A stretch of 64,000 nt of DNA from positions 64,001 to 128,000 of the forward strand of contig CAVQBA010000002.1 of NCBI GenBank assembly GCA_963710605.1, given 5' to 3'. Shown here one piece after another: positions 9,762 through 20,898 of this stretch. The notes beneath the pieces were generated by a model, which made no database searches, had not been told where the DNA came from, and was given only the letters and a program-made list of their open reading frames with translations. Position 1 is the stretch's first letter; each line of letters begins with the position of its first letter. This DNA comes from an uncultured cyanobacterium (GTDB lineage Bacteria; Cyanobacteriota; Cyanobacteriia; Cyanobacteriales; Cyanobacteriaceae). Position numbers and translations under genes: made by a program.

Positions 9762-10889
9762 ATGGATTTTTTATCCGATTTCATAGCGGGCTTTTTAAAG
9801 CAATTACAATCTCCGACACTTGGTTTTCTCATTGGTGGTATGGTTGTTGCCGCCGTCAATAGCCGACTTTCAATTCCAGATGCGATTTATAAGTTTATCG
9901 TTTTTATGTTGCTTATAAAAGTTGGTCTAAGCGGTGGTATTGCCATCCGTAATTCTAATTTATTAGAGATACTGTTACCTGCGTTTTTCGCTATGGTAAT
10001 AGGTATCCTTATTGTGTTCATTGGGCGTTTTACCTTAGGGAAGTTGCCGAACGTCAAAACGGTGGATGCTATTGCAACTGCCGGTTTATTCGGTGCAGTA
10101 AGTGGCTCTACCCTAGCTGCGGCTTTGACACTTTTAGAAAATGAAGGAATTGAATACGAAGCTTGGGCTGGTGCCTTGTATCCCTTTATGGATATTCCTG
10201 CTCTAGTGACTGCGATCGTTTTGGCTAGTATTTATACTAGTAAAAAACGTGATACAACAGACGATTATCTTAGTAAGCAAGAATATCAAAGTAAACAATC
10301 TGTTACCACAGGTGGTTATTCTTCAGGCGACGAAAGCATTACGGCAAGTGGGTATCCTAACCAAAGTAGTGGTAACGCAAGCAAGAAAGTTAAAATATGG
10401 CCAATCATCAAAGAAAGTTTACAGGGCTCAGCTTTATCAGCATTACTACTAGGTCTCGCTTTAGGAATAATAACCCGACCCGAAAGCGTTTATGAGAGCT
10501 TCTTCAATCCTCTGTTTCGTGGTTTACTTTCGATATTGATGCTAGTAATGGGAATGGAAGCAACCGCAAGACTTGGCGAGCTACGTAAAGTCGGTCAATG
10601 GTACGCTATATATGCTTTCCTCGCACCGTTATTACACGGGTTTATAGCCTTCGGTTTTGGTATGATTGCTCACATTCTTACAGGATTTAGTCCTGGTGGT
10701 GTAGTAATTTTAGCTGTCATTGCCGCCTCTAGTTCAGATATTTCAGGACCACCTACTTTACGAGCGGGTATTCCATCAGCTAACCCTTCTGCCTATATAG
10801 GAGCTTCAACAGCCGTAGGTACACCTGTTGCTCTTGCTTTAGGAATACCTTTGTTCATCGGACTTGCCCAAGCACTAATGGGCAGTTAA
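9762..10889 (+). CDS. sbtA: Na+/bicarbonate symporter SbtA
   Basis: KQLQSPTLGFLIGG, GAVSGST, ALYPFMDIPAL, ASSSDISGPPTLRAGIP. Confidence 0.96.
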   Translation: MDFLSDFIAGFLKQLQSPTLGFLIGGMVVAAVNSRLSIPDAIYKFIVFMLLIKVGLSGGIAIRNSNLLEILLPAFFAMVIGILIVFIGRFTLGKLPNVKTVDAIATAGLFGAVSGSTLAAALTLLENEGIEYEAWAGALYPFMDIPALVTAIVLASIYTSKKRDTTDDYLSKQEYQSKQSVTTGGYSSGDESITASGYPNQSSGNASKKVKIWPIIKESLQGSALSALLLGLALGIITRPESVYESFFNPLFRGLLSILMLVMGMEATARLGELRKVGQWYAIYAFLAPLLHGFIAFGFGMIAHILTGFSPGGVVILAVIAASSSDISGPPTLRAGIPSANPSAYIGASTAVGTPVALALGIPLFIGLAQALMGS

Positions 10890-10904
10890 CTCCAAACAAA
10901 TAAT

Positions 10905-10977
10905 AGCGGTCTGTCGATGCTTTTCTTAGCCGGACAACTAAATCGGTATGAAAGCAAGGTTTCGCCGCTTTTTTTTA
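10905..10977 (+). terminator. Long hairpin with a T-tract between sbtA and sbtB
   Basis: AGCGG...CCGCT closing stem, internal TGCTTT/AAAGCA pairing, T-run. Confidence 0.55.
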
Positions 10978-11005
10978 ATTTTATTTTCTATCTATATACA
11001 ATTAA

Positions 11006-11344
<339 letters not shown>

Positions 11345-11373
11345 CTTCAAATTCGGCAGATTAAACTTAAAAA

Positions 11374-11400
11374 GTCAGGGTTATGCTCTGGCTTTTTTTT
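11374..11400 (+). terminator. Rho-independent terminator
   Basis: GTCAGGG-TTATG-CTCTGGC followed by T8. Confidence 0.7.
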
Positions 11401-11581
11401 CTTATATGACAACTTTTATCTACATTTTCTATCCGTTTGATCATTGATCAATCTACTTATCTACTATTATTTGAGTAGAATTCTCAATTATATCTATCTC
11501 TTACCTTTTAATTAGCTAGAACGACGATTACAATAAAAAAATAAAGACAAAATCGATCGACTTTCATCGTCATTATTAGTT

Positions 11582-12307
11582 ATGATTTCTATTCCTCAAA
11601 CAAAAGTTTACACCAATGATAATTTAGATAGTAATAATGTCATCAAAATAGAAAACTTAGATTTCTTTTATGGTAGCGGTACTATGAAAAAGCAAACTCT
11701 TTTTGATATTAATTTAACCTTAAGTAAAGGAGAAGTTGTAATCATGAAAGGTCCATCTGGTTCTGGTAAAACAACGCTTTTGACATTAATCGGTGCATTG
11801 AGAAGTGCAAATTATGGTAGTTTAAAAGTATTTAATCAAGAACTAGTTAATTGTCATAATAATTTATTGATTCAAACAAGAAGAAATATCGGTTATATTT
11901 TTCAGGCTCATAACTTATTAAATTCTTTAACCGCTCGGCAAAATGTGCAAATGTCATTAGAATTGCATCCTCAATATTCTAGTCAGCAAGTAGTGCAAAT
12001 GTCAGAAGAAATGTTAACCGCCGTCGGTTTAGCCGATCGAATGAATTACTATCCTGAAAATCTTTCTGGGGGGCAAAAACAAAGAGTTGCGATCGCACGG
12101 GCTTTAGCTTCTCATCCTAAAATGGTGTTAGCAGACGAACCAACAGCGGCATTAGATAGCAAATCAGGTAGGGATGTAGTGGAAATTATGCAAAAATTAG
12201 CGATCGAACAAGGTTGTACTATTCTCATTGTGACTCATGACGATCGTATTTTGGACGTAGCTGAACGTATTATAGAATTAGAAGATGGTAGATTGATCAA
12301 AAGTTAA
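11582..12307 (+). CDS. DevA-family ABC ATP-binding protein
   Basis: Walker A GPSGSGKT, IGYIFQAHNLL, LSGGQKQR, ADEPTAALD. Confidence 0.9.
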   Translation: MISIPQTKVYTNDNLDSNNVIKIENLDFFYGSGTMKKQTLFDINLTLSKGEVVIMKGPSGSGKTTLLTLIGALRSANYGSLKVFNQELVNCHNNLLIQTRRNIGYIFQAHNLLNSLTARQNVQMSLELHPQYSSQQVVQMSEEMLTAVGLADRMNYYPENLSGGQKQRVAIARALASHPKMVLADEPTAALDSKSGRDVVEIMQKLAIEQGCTILIVTHDDRILDVAERIIELEDGRLIKS

Positions 12308-12323
12308 CAGTTAAAAAAATTAT

Positions 12324-13172
12324 ATGTGGCGTAAATTTAGTCAAGATAAAATGGCGGTAGCAGGTTTAGTTACTTTGACAATTATTATTCTCGCCATTAT
12401 TTTTTTGCCATTTATATATGATGTTGATTTAGAATTGATTGATTTTAGTATCTCCACTTTACCCCCTAGTTGGGACCATCCTTTTGGTACAAACGACCTA
12501 GGACAAGATCAATTAGCAAGGGTTTTGTTTGGTGGTAGAATTTCTTTAACTGTGGGAATTACTTCGATGATAGTAGCGATCACGATCGGTACACTAGTTG
12601 GTGCGATCGCAGGTTATTATGGTGGAATATTAGATACCCTATTGATGCGTCTAACTGATATCTGTTTATCTTTACCTCAATTACCCGTTTTGTTATTAGT
12701 TGTTTATTTATTCCGTGATGCTGTCAAATCATTGTTGGGGGCAGAATTAGGTATTTTTGTCTTAGTTGTCGTTATTATCGGTTTACTCAATTGGATGTCT
12801 GTCGCCAGGTTGGTTAGAGGTGCTTTTTTACAAATAAAGGAAAGAGAATTTATTTTAGCTGTACGTAGTTTAGGAGCAAATTCACTCAGAATTATCTTGG
12901 TTCATATTTTGCCTAACGTTTTTGGTATCATTATTGTCGCCGCTACTTTATCCGTTGGTAATGCCATCATTGTCGAATCTACCTTAAGTTTTTTAGGTTT
13001 GGGTTTTCCTCCTGATATACCTACATGGGGCAGAATGTTATACGAAGCCCAAAATTACCTCACCCAAGCACCTTATATGGCTATCTTTCCCGGGTTAGCT
13101 ATTTTTCTCACGGTTTTGAGTATTAACTATATCGGTGATGGTTTGAAAGATGCTCTTAATCCACGTAACTAA
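12324..13172 (+). CDS. Peptide/nickel ABC transporter permease
   Basis: HPFGTNDLGQD, GGRISLTVG, GDGLKDAL. Confidence 0.9.
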   Translation: MWRKFSQDKMAVAGLVTLTIIILAIIFLPFIYDVDLELIDFSISTLPPSWDHPFGTNDLGQDQLARVLFGGRISLTVGITSMIVAITIGTLVGAIAGYYGGILDTLLMRLTDICLSLPQLPVLLLVVYLFRDAVKSLLGAELGIFVLVVVIIGLLNWMSVARLVRGAFLQIKEREFILAVRSLGANSLRIILVHILPNVFGIIIVAATLSVGNAIIVESTLSFLGLGFPPDIPTWGRMLYEAQNYLTQAPYMAIFPGLAIFLTVLSINYIGDGLKDALNPRN

Positions 13173-13402
13173 TAAGCGATTGATAATTGATAGTTATACC
13201 AAATTAAAAAAATAAAAAATGGGACGTTTTATTTTAGCTTATAAGTTGAAAGCGATCGTATTTTAAAATTGTGTAAATAAACAACAATATCTAATTTTTC
13301 TTTAACTGTCGAATTGTTATATTTTTCTTTTGTATTTTCTTGAACCAAGAAGTGAAAGTTTTTTATGCGACATCTAAATCAATTTTAGAAACATTACTCA
13401 AT

Positions 13403-13657
13403 TCAACTTGCTTGTTTTACTTGCCAAAGATCGTATGCATTTTGCATTGTTAGCCAACTCTCAGCACTTCTTCCTAAAGCTTTAGAAAGCCTTAATGCCA
13501 TTTCTGGACTAATTCTACCTTGTTGTCTCAAAATACGATTTAAAGTTGAAGGAGAAACTCCTAATTTAGACGCAACGAAACGACAACTTAAGCCAAATGG
13601 CTCTATATAAGTGAAGTATAGAAATTCCCCTGGATGTGGTGGGTTATACATATTCAT
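13403..13657 (-). CDS. higA: HigA antitoxin (HTH); C-terminus probably cut by an indel, continuation ends near 13365
   Basis: PPHPGE, ISPEMALRLSKALG, WLTMQNAYDLW. Confidence 0.9.
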   Translation of the reverse strand: MNMYNPPHPGEFLYFTYIEPFGLSCRFVASKLGVSPSTLNRILRQQGRISPEMALRLSKALGRSAESWLTMQNAYDLWQVKQAS

Positions 13658-13935
13658 TAGTGATAATCCTCATAATTAAGTACATATACATTACCTTCAG
13701 CAAATTTAAAAGTTAAACGCCAATTTTTATTAACTGTAATAGACCATAAATTGTTACGATCGCCTTTTAATGAATGAAGTCGATAACCTGGAATGTTTAA
13801 GTCGTCAATATTTTGAGCCGAATCTAATGCGGCAAGTTGCATTCTGAGTTTTTTGGCATGATTTGCCTGAATTCCTTTTATTTTGCCCGTTTTATAAAAA
13901 AGATCTAATCCTTTGTGGGCAAAGCTTTTAATCAT
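13657..13935 (-). CDS. higB: HigB (RelE-like) toxin
   Basis: MIKSFAHKGL, PGYRLHSLKGDR, WSITVNKNWRLTF, YEDYH; toxin-first order. Confidence 0.93.
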   Translation of the reverse strand: MIKSFAHKGLDLFYKTGKIKGIQANHAKKLRMQLAALDSAQNIDDLNIPGYRLHSLKGDRNNLWSITVNKNWRLTFKFAEGNVYVLNYEDYH

Positions 13936-13952
13936 AATTAGTTATTGTATCA

Positions 13953-13964
13953 TGTTGCGCAACA
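13953..13964. promoter_or_regulatory. Palindromic operator in the higBA promoter
   Basis: Perfect palindrome TGTTGCGCAACA next to a minus-strand TACAAT -10. Confidence 0.6.
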
Positions 13965-14119
13965 CAAGTCAGTCTATTACGAGTGAACTGGACTTGTTTT
14001 CCTTATTTGAACTACCAACAATAATAGGCATATACAAAAACTTTGAAATTTTTATAAATGAGTAAGAATTTGAAGATAAAAGTAAAATTAATACTCAGAA
14101 TTTGTGTGATGTCACTACT

Positions 14120-14250
14120 TATAGCAATGAGCAAATTAGTCAAGATATTTATCAATTGAAATATGATAAACCGCAGAGAGATTAGTTGGTATATAAATTA
14201 AATGTAAAAAAAGAGAGAATCTGTCCTAACTACAGAAGTTTTCTGCTATA
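14120..14250. repeat. TATAGCA...TGCTATA MITE-like element
   Basis: Imperfect terminal inverted repeats similar to the elements at 4509 and 30344. Confidence 0.6.
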
Positions 14251-16492
14251 TCAATAAACGAAAATAGGAACTCTTTTATAAGCAGGTGTACCACATCGAT
14301 CGTCTATACGGGCTTTAAATAAAATATTAGCTTCAGGATAAAACATGAAAGCAACACCTTCTAAGATTGCTCCAGAAATAATTTCTACCTCCGGTAATTC
14401 TCCAGCATCGCCTTTGACTCTTACTTTTTGATGAGGTTGAAACCCTGCTTTTTTAATATCGTTCAAATTCATCAAAATACAATAACGATGAGGCATTCCT
14501 CGATATTTATCACTTTCGTTATAAACTACTGTATTGTGTTGCCCGTAACCTCTACCACTACCTAAAATCAAAACAATACCTTGAGTATCTTCACTGACAC
14601 CAAAAAACTTTTTATCAGGAATCGTTAAAGAAGGTAAAGGTGTCGCGCTCATATTCGCTTTACCTGTAGGAGTCGCAAAATGAGGCTCATTAAATATTCT
14701 ACCTTCGATCGTAAATTCTTCTTCAGTTTCGTCGATACTACCTATTTTTTGATAACCAGGAATAGTTTTAGCAATTAACTCTCTGATATATACTGTATCT
14801 TGTAATCTACGCCAATCGATCGTTTTATCTCCATGAAGACGATGAGCAATTTCGGTGATTAGTTCGATTTCGGTAACTAAATCACTATCTTTTTTTTCTA
14901 AATGACTCGAACCAGTTTCGTTTAACCTAACAAAGTTATTTCCCGACTCTGTGGTAGTACGATGAGGATTCTCAAAGCGATTGAATACAGGTAATATTAG
15001 CGTGTTTTCCTTAGCTAAACCGTGAAAATGACCTAAATTCGGTTTAGTCGCCACATAAAAGACCGTTTCGATATTTCCTAAAGCTCTTTTTGCTTGAGTC
15101 AAATCTGGGTTAGCCGCATAAAGATTACCGCCCAAACAAAAGAGGGTATCTACTTTTTGCTTATCTGCCATCTCAATCAAACGACGAGCGTCATAACCTT
15201 TGGTGTCGCTGATTGGTTTGCCGAGTAATTCGGTTAGGGCTTTTTTAACAGTATCGCTGAGGTTAGTTGTTACACCCATCGAGCCAAAACCTTGAACGTT
15301 GGAATGTCCCCTAATCGGCATTGTGCCTGTTCCTAATTTACCTGCATTACCTGTAATTAAGGCTGTATTGGCAATACTTTTGACGTTATCGACTCCATTA
15401 GTATGGTGAGTGATACCCATCGCCCAAGCGAAAGACGACTTTACTTGATTTACCGATGACATAAGCAACTTCACTAATTTCTTCGACAGATATACCACAG
15501 GTATTAGTAATCGTTTCCCAACTTGTTTCGTTGGCTCGATCGACTACTTCTTGCCAACCTGCTGTATATTTTTTAAGATAGTCAAAATCGACTAAGTTTT
15601 GTTCGAGTAAAGATTTTTGGATACCGACAAAAACAGCTACATCGCTACCTGGTATGGGTTGTAAGTATAAAGTGGCAATTTCTGAACCACCTTTAAGCAT
15701 CGATCGAATTGGGAATGAAGGGGAAGAAAATTTAACTAAACCAACTTCAATTTGTGGATTAATGATGATAATTTTACCGCCATTGCGTTGAATTTTAATC
15801 AATTCGTTCATCAACCGAGGATGATTTGCCGGGGCGTTTGAGCCAACTAAGACGACGCAATCTGTTTGTTTGAGGCTTTCTAAACTCACCATTGATGTAC
15901 CTGTACCAAATACTTGTTTTAAACCCGTTGTGGAGGGGGCATGACACAAGTCTGAGCAATCGGCAAGGTTGTTACTACCTAAGGCTCTCATCATCAATTG
16001 TAATATGTAGGCGGCTTCATTTGACGATCGACCTGAGCTATAAGAGGCAACTGTTTCTGGTGATTTTTGAAATGCTTCTTCTGCTATATTATATACTTCT
16101 TGCCAACTGATACGTTGATAATGTTGACTACCTTTTCTTAAAATTAAAGGATAAGTTAATCTACCTAAACGATCGCATTCCCTTGAATCTAATTCTTGTA
16201 ATTCCTCGATACTATATTGCTCAAAAAAATCCAGACTAATACCTGATAATAACTCAGCGGAGATTGATTCGACGCTTTTTGCACACCTTTGTAAATATTC
16301 GCCTTCTTCATTAACAAAACCTCCTTTTTGCCCTCCCGTACCCCAAGCACAAGATAGACAAGCACTTTTGTGATTAAGTTTTTCCCAAATTTTTAATCCC
16401 TGAGGAGAAAGAGTTTTTTTTGCCCAATATCCGATTACAGGCATACCACCACCTGTATCGACTGGTAGTTCAGAATTTTGCTCGTTCGTCAT
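14251..16492 (-). CDS. FdhF/YdeP-family molybdopterin oxidoreductase, split by a frameshift near 15431
   Basis: CLSCAW, SSGRSSNEAAY, DCSDLCH, PIRGHSNVQG; the two ORFs join as VVF/AWAMGITHH. Confidence 0.88.
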
Positions 16493-16607
16493 AAGCCTAA
16501 TAATTAATGATTGCCGTTATTAACTATTTTACTGTAACGACTTGATAGTTAGTCGATCTTTAATTGTTATATTCATAATGACTCTTTTCGTAGCACTTTA
16601 TTACAAA

Positions 16608-16775
16608 TATAGTAATTTAAAATAACAATGAGACAATTTTGACGAATTAAATCTTAGTTTAATTTATTAAACGGATGAGTATTAGCCTTGTCAATTCATT
16701 GCAAGGCGGGTTTAATACTTAAGTTTTTTCTCTCAATATTAATCAATGTCTCAGTAAAACATTGAAATAACTATA
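16608..16775. repeat. TATAGT..ACTATA MITE-like element with a REP-like core; relatives at 57910-58069 and 46717-46770 (core only)
   Basis: Shared AGTTTAATTTATTAAACGG...TTAGCCTTG...CAAGGC core; terminal AATGAGAC/GTCTCA inverted repeats. Confidence 0.75.
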
Positions 16776-16895
16776 AGATTCAACCACCCCTAACCCCTCC
16801 TTCTGAAGGAAGGGAAAAAATACTAGATGTCTTAACTTACTCTTCTACTGCTATATACTAAATTAAGACAATTCATTATTCATTACTCATTAATT

Positions 16896-17201
16896 ATGCA
16901 CACATTATCAATACCTACATGGATGGTACACGTTTCTAGTGTCGTTGAATGGATAGCGGCTATTTGGTTTGTCTGGCGTTATGGAGAAGTAACCAAAGAT
17001 AGTAGTTGGTATTGGTTGGCTTATGGTATGTTACCCTCTTTAATCAGTGCGATGTGTGCTTGCACTTGGCATTTGTTTGATAATGCTGAGTCTTGGGAAT
17101 GGTTGGTTACGCTACAGGCTTTGACTACTGTTATCGGTAATATCGGTTTGTGTATTGGTGCTTGGAAAGTATGGGATTCAAGGGAAAAGAAAACTACTTA
17201 A
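16896..17201 (+). CDS. DUF2499 (Ycf49-like) membrane protein
   Basis: MHTLSIPTWMVHVSSVVEW, SAMCACTWH motifs. Confidence 0.85.
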   Translation: MHTLSIPTWMVHVSSVVEWIAAIWFVWRYGEVTKDSSWYWLAYGMLPSLISAMCACTWHLFDNAESWEWLVTLQALTTVIGNIGLCIGAWKVWDSREKKTT

Positions 17202-17260
17202 ACTAATACGTATCGATCGAATCGCAAATAACTTTTAACTTTTAACTATCAACTATATTC

Positions 17261-18214
17261 ATGTCAAAACAAATACAACCAAAATTAATCATCCATGGCG
17301 GTGCGGGAAGTTCGTTAAAAAGTAAAGATGGATTAGAATCCCTTCGTCAAATTTTACACTCGATCGTTGCTGAGGTTTATCAACTATTATTAGAAGGTAA
17401 AACTGCCAATGAAGCAGTAATTGCAGGTTGTACGTTATTAGAAAATAACCCTCGTTTTAATTCTGGTACAGGTTCGGTATTACAATCTGATGGTAATATC
17501 CGTATGAGTGCATCTTTGATGGATGGAGAAAAACAACGATTTAGTGGTGTGATAAATGTTTTTCGCGTACAAAATCCGATCGAATTAGCAAACTATTTAC
17601 AAAATGAAGAAGATAGAGTTTTATCTGATTATGGTAGTGCAGAATTATCACGAGAGTTAAATGTACCTATTTACGATCCTTTAACCGATTTACGTTTAAA
17701 TGAATGGATAGAGGAAAGAAAGGGAAATTTTGACAGTAAGATGGCTGGTGTTGTCGCTGAAAACCAAAACGCTAGACGTGGTACGATCGGTGTAGTAGCT
17801 TTAGATAAATATGGTAATGTTAGTGCTGGTACATCAACTGGTGGTAAGGGTTTAGAACGAATCGGACGAGTAAGTGATTCGGCTATGCCTGCGGGGAATT
17901 ATGCAAATCATAATGCAGGGGTTAGTTGTACGGGTATTGGTGAAGATATTATTGATGAATGTTTAGCGGCTAAAGTAGTAATTCGAGTTACAGATGGCTT
18001 GTCTTTAGCTGAGGCGATGCAAAAATCAATGGCAGAAGCCAAAAATAACGATCGTGACTTTGGTGCGATCGCTTTAGATAGTCAAGGTAATATTGTTTGG
18101 GGTAAAACTAGTCAAATGTTATTATCTGCTTATCATAATGGTGAGTCTATTGGTGATTGTTTGGAGTGGAATGACGATCGTCTCGTTGGTAATCAATCTA
18201 GTAGGTTGGGTTGA
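17261..18214 (+). CDS. iaaA: Isoaspartyl peptidase/L-asparaginase (Ntn hydrolase)
   Basis: LIIHGGAG, GTIGVVALD, GTSTGG, GRVSDS, SCTGIGE. Confidence 0.93.
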   Translation: MSKQIQPKLIIHGGAGSSLKSKDGLESLRQILHSIVAEVYQLLLEGKTANEAVIAGCTLLENNPRFNSGTGSVLQSDGNIRMSASLMDGEKQRFSGVINVFRVQNPIELANYLQNEEDRVLSDYGSAELSRELNVPIYDPLTDLRLNEWIEERKGNFDSKMAGVVAENQNARRGTIGVVALDKYGNVSAGTSTGGKGLERIGRVSDSAMPAGNYANHNAGVSCTGIGEDIIDECLAAKVVIRVTDGLSLAEAMQKSMAEAKNNDRDFGAIALDSQGNIVWGKTSQMLLSAYHNGESIGDCLEWNDDRLVGNQSSRLG

Positions 18215-18266
18215 ACCAAAAAAATTTAACACACAAACGATACATCATCCAGAGCGAAACCCAACA
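18201..18266 (+). repeat. GTAG-type REP overlapping the iaaA stop codon
   Basis: GTAGGTTGGGTTGA...CGAAACCCAAC, as at 253 and 1076. Confidence 0.8.
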
Positions 18267-18325
18267 ACCAATTCAAAATAAAGTAGAAATTGTTTTAATA
18301 GACATCTTTTAATAGTTACTCCAAT

Positions 18326-18348
18326 GCGAGGGTTAAAACCCTCACTAC
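18326..18348 (-). repeat. GTAG-type REP palindrome
   Basis: Minus strand GTAGTGAGGGTT-TT-AACCCTC. Confidence 0.65.
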
Positions 18349-18461
18349 AAGCCTAAAAAATTTTTTTGGTCAGAAACTTATTATGCAATGAGTGCTTAAA
18401 AGTCGATCGGCTCTTGTTTTAGATTACTATTTAACTAATTAAAAGTTAGGAAATTTAGATT

Positions 18462-19001
18462 ATGATTTGGGAAATTACTACTCACGAACTCTTGACTAGA
18501 TATAACTCTGGGGAGCGTAATTTTGTGGGTGTCGAATTTATTAAAGATCCCGAAAGACACCCTGAAGACTTAGGTATTGGGGAAGAAATTCATGGTCTGC
18601 AAAATACTAACTTGACTGGTATTAACTTGCGTGGTGCTAACTTGACGGGCATTCAATTGCAAAAGGCTAATTTGAGAGGGGGTAATTTTTTTGGTGCTGC
18701 CATTGTTGGAGCTAATTTGAGTTACGCCAATTTTACGGGTGCTATTCTTGATGGTGCTAACTTGACTCATTCCTCTTTTTATCGGGCTGATTTGGGAAAT
18801 ACTAGTTTGATATATACGAATGCTCATGGCACTAGGTTTGTTGAAGCATCTGTTGATACTTTTGAGAATAGTATTTTGATTGATGCTAATTTTATGGGGG
18901 CTAACACTTCTAAATCTCAAATATGTAGGTTCGGTAATTTTATTTACAGAACTACTATGCCCGATGGAACGGTTGAAAATGGTCCTTCTTGGGGAATCTA
19001 G
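18462..19001 (+). CDS. Pentapeptide-repeat protein
   Basis: ELLTRYNSGERNF cap, ANLTG repeats, TTMPDG end. Confidence 0.9.
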   Translation: MIWEITTHELLTRYNSGERNFVGVEFIKDPERHPEDLGIGEEIHGLQNTNLTGINLRGANLTGIQLQKANLRGGNFFGAAIVGANLSYANFTGAILDGANLTHSSFYRADLGNTSLIYTNAHGTRFVEASVDTFENSILIDANFMGANTSKSQICRFGNFIYRTTMPDGTVENGPSWGI

Positions 19002-19166
19002 CTGGCTGTTGGGTTTTGCTTTGATAATGTATCGTTTATATCTCAAACTTTTTTTTTCCCGCTTAACCTTTACCTACAAAGCGATAAAACGATCGTACTG
19101 TCGATTTAAAATACAAGCCAAAGCATTATCAATTTATTGTGTCTCAAACTTAATTAATTACTTTTA

Positions 19167-19229
19167 GATGGTAAAACGATCGCTGATTGTTTAGAATGGA
19201 ATGACGATCGTCTGATTGGCTATATTTAA
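19167..19229 (+). pseudogene. Orphan second copy of the iaaA 3' end (DGKTIADCLEWNDDRLIGYI*)
   Basis: Matches 18137-18190 (NGESIGDCLEWNDDRLVG) at both DNA and protein level. Confidence 0.85.
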
Positions 19230-19386
19230 AGATGTATTTATAGTCATTTTAATCACCAGACGAAACATTAATATCCATAGAAGTAACTTGAGTATCTTTG
19301 CTCATACGTTTTTAGTTTTTCCTGTTTACTTCAAGGGTGAGATTATAATTGAATAGTAAGAAATACTAATTAATCTTTTTATTTTC

Positions 19387-19662
19387 ATGACAGAAACTAT
19401 CACCACCCTAGTCAGCGATCGAATTTGTAATCATATGAATAAAGATCATAGTGAGACATTAGTTACTTATGCCGAGTTTTTTGGGCAAGTATCAAACATT
19501 AAAAATGCTAAGATGCTCTCGATCGATAACCAAGCAATGTATTTAAGTATTAATGATGAAAGCGAAAAAATAAAAATTGATTTTCCTCATCAACTCAAAG
19601 ATGCTAAAGATGCTCATCATACTTTAGTTGAAATGCTTCAACAAGCCAAACCAACAAGCTAA
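19387..19662 (+). CDS. DUF2470 protein
   Basis: SDRICNHMNKDH, AHHTLVEM motifs. Confidence 0.85.
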   Translation: MTETITTLVSDRICNHMNKDHSETLVTYAEFFGQVSNIKNAKMLSIDNQAMYLSINDESEKIKIDFPHQLKDAKDAHHTLVEMLQQAKPTS

Positions 19663-19749
19663 AAAAATTTGATAATTGCGGACAGAAGCGGTAAAATCTT
19701 GCTTACCGAAGGCTGACCACTTCCGTTACCAATTATCAATTGTCAATTA

Positions 19750-20898
19750 TTAAGTGCGTTCTTCGATCGAAATATAAGATACTTCTCTTTGACCTACATA
19801 ATCCTGAGTCGGACGAAAAATACGATTAACACCGATTTGTTCTCTCCAATGAGCTAACCAACCCGCAACACGGGAAATAGCAAACATAGGCGTAAATAAA
19901 TCAGGCTTAATACCTAACTTGCGATAAACTAATCCAGAATAAAAATCAACATTAGGATAAATACCTTTTGCACCTAATCTTTCACTAACTACTTTTTCTA
20001 CTTCCAAAGCAATTTCGTAATATTGATCGTAGCCTTTTAATTCAAATAATCTTTCTGCTAACTCCTGTAATATAGTAGCACGAGGATCTTTGACTTTATA
20101 AACTCGATGACCAAAACCCATAATTTTTTGCTTATTGTCAATCAAGTTATTAATATAAGGGCGGACATTTTCTACCGTCCCAATTTTGTCAAACATGATT
20201 AATACTTCTTCATTCGCACCACCATGTAACGGTCCAGCTAGAGTACCTACAGCCGATGCTACGACTCCGTAAGGATCAGTTAAAGTAGAAGCAGTTACCA
20301 TCGCCGAAAAAGTAGAAGCATTCATTGTATGTTCAGCATGAAGCATCAAACAAACATCAAAAATTCTCGCCTCTAAAGGTTCAGGTACAGTTTCTGTTAA
20401 CATATACAAGAAGTTTCTTGAGTAATTCAATTGATCATCAGGCTTAATCGGATCGTTTCCTTCACGCATTTGAGCGAATGCCGCTACCATTGTCGGAATT
20501 TTAGCCAGTAAACGGACTACCGCATCTCTTATATAGTCTTCATTTGTGAGAGTACGACGAGAATAAAATAAACCCAATGCCGCCGCCGAAGTTTGTAAAG
20601 CATCCATCGGATGACCACTTTCAGGGAAACATTTCATCATATCCCGAATATGATATTTGATTCGACGATGACGAGTAATTTCGCTTTCAAAACTATCTAG
20701 TTCATTTTTAGTTGGTAATTTACCCCAAATTAGTAGATATGCAGTTTCTAAAAAAGTACTATGTTGAGCCAGTTCGATTATATTAATACCTCTATACTCT
20801 AAAATACCGTTTTTGCCATCTACATGACTAATACTTGATTGAGCGACAGGTATTCCCTCTAAGCCTGGTTTGTACTCACAAGCAATTGTAGTTGCCAT
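19750..20898 (-). CDS. gltA: Citrate synthase
   Basis: LHAEHTMNAST, GPLHGGANE, IMGFGHRVYK, YPNVDFYSG. Confidence 0.97.
   Translation of the reverse strand: MATTIACEYKPGLEGIPVAQSSISHVDGKNGILEYRGINIIELAQHSTFLETAYLLIWGKLPTKNELDSFESEITRHRRIKYHIRDMMKCFPESGHPMDALQTSAAALGLFYSRRTLTNEDYIRDAVVRLLAKIPTMVAAFAQMREGNDPIKPDDQLNYSRNFLYMLTETVPEPLEARIFDVCLMLHAEHTMNASTFSAMVTASTLTDPYGVVASAVGTLAGPLHGGANEEVLIMFDKIGTVENVRPYINNLIDNKQKIMGFGHRVYKVKDPRATILQELAERLFELKGYDQYYEIALEVEKVVSERLGAKGIYPNVDFYSGLVYRKLGIKPDLFTPMFAISRVAGWLAHWREQIGVNRIFRPTQDYVGQREVSYISIEERT

Noticed and set aside
18137-19229. iaaA tail duplicate as a DGR template/variable repeat pair
   Set aside because: Mismatches are not confined to adenines and no reverse transcriptase is present
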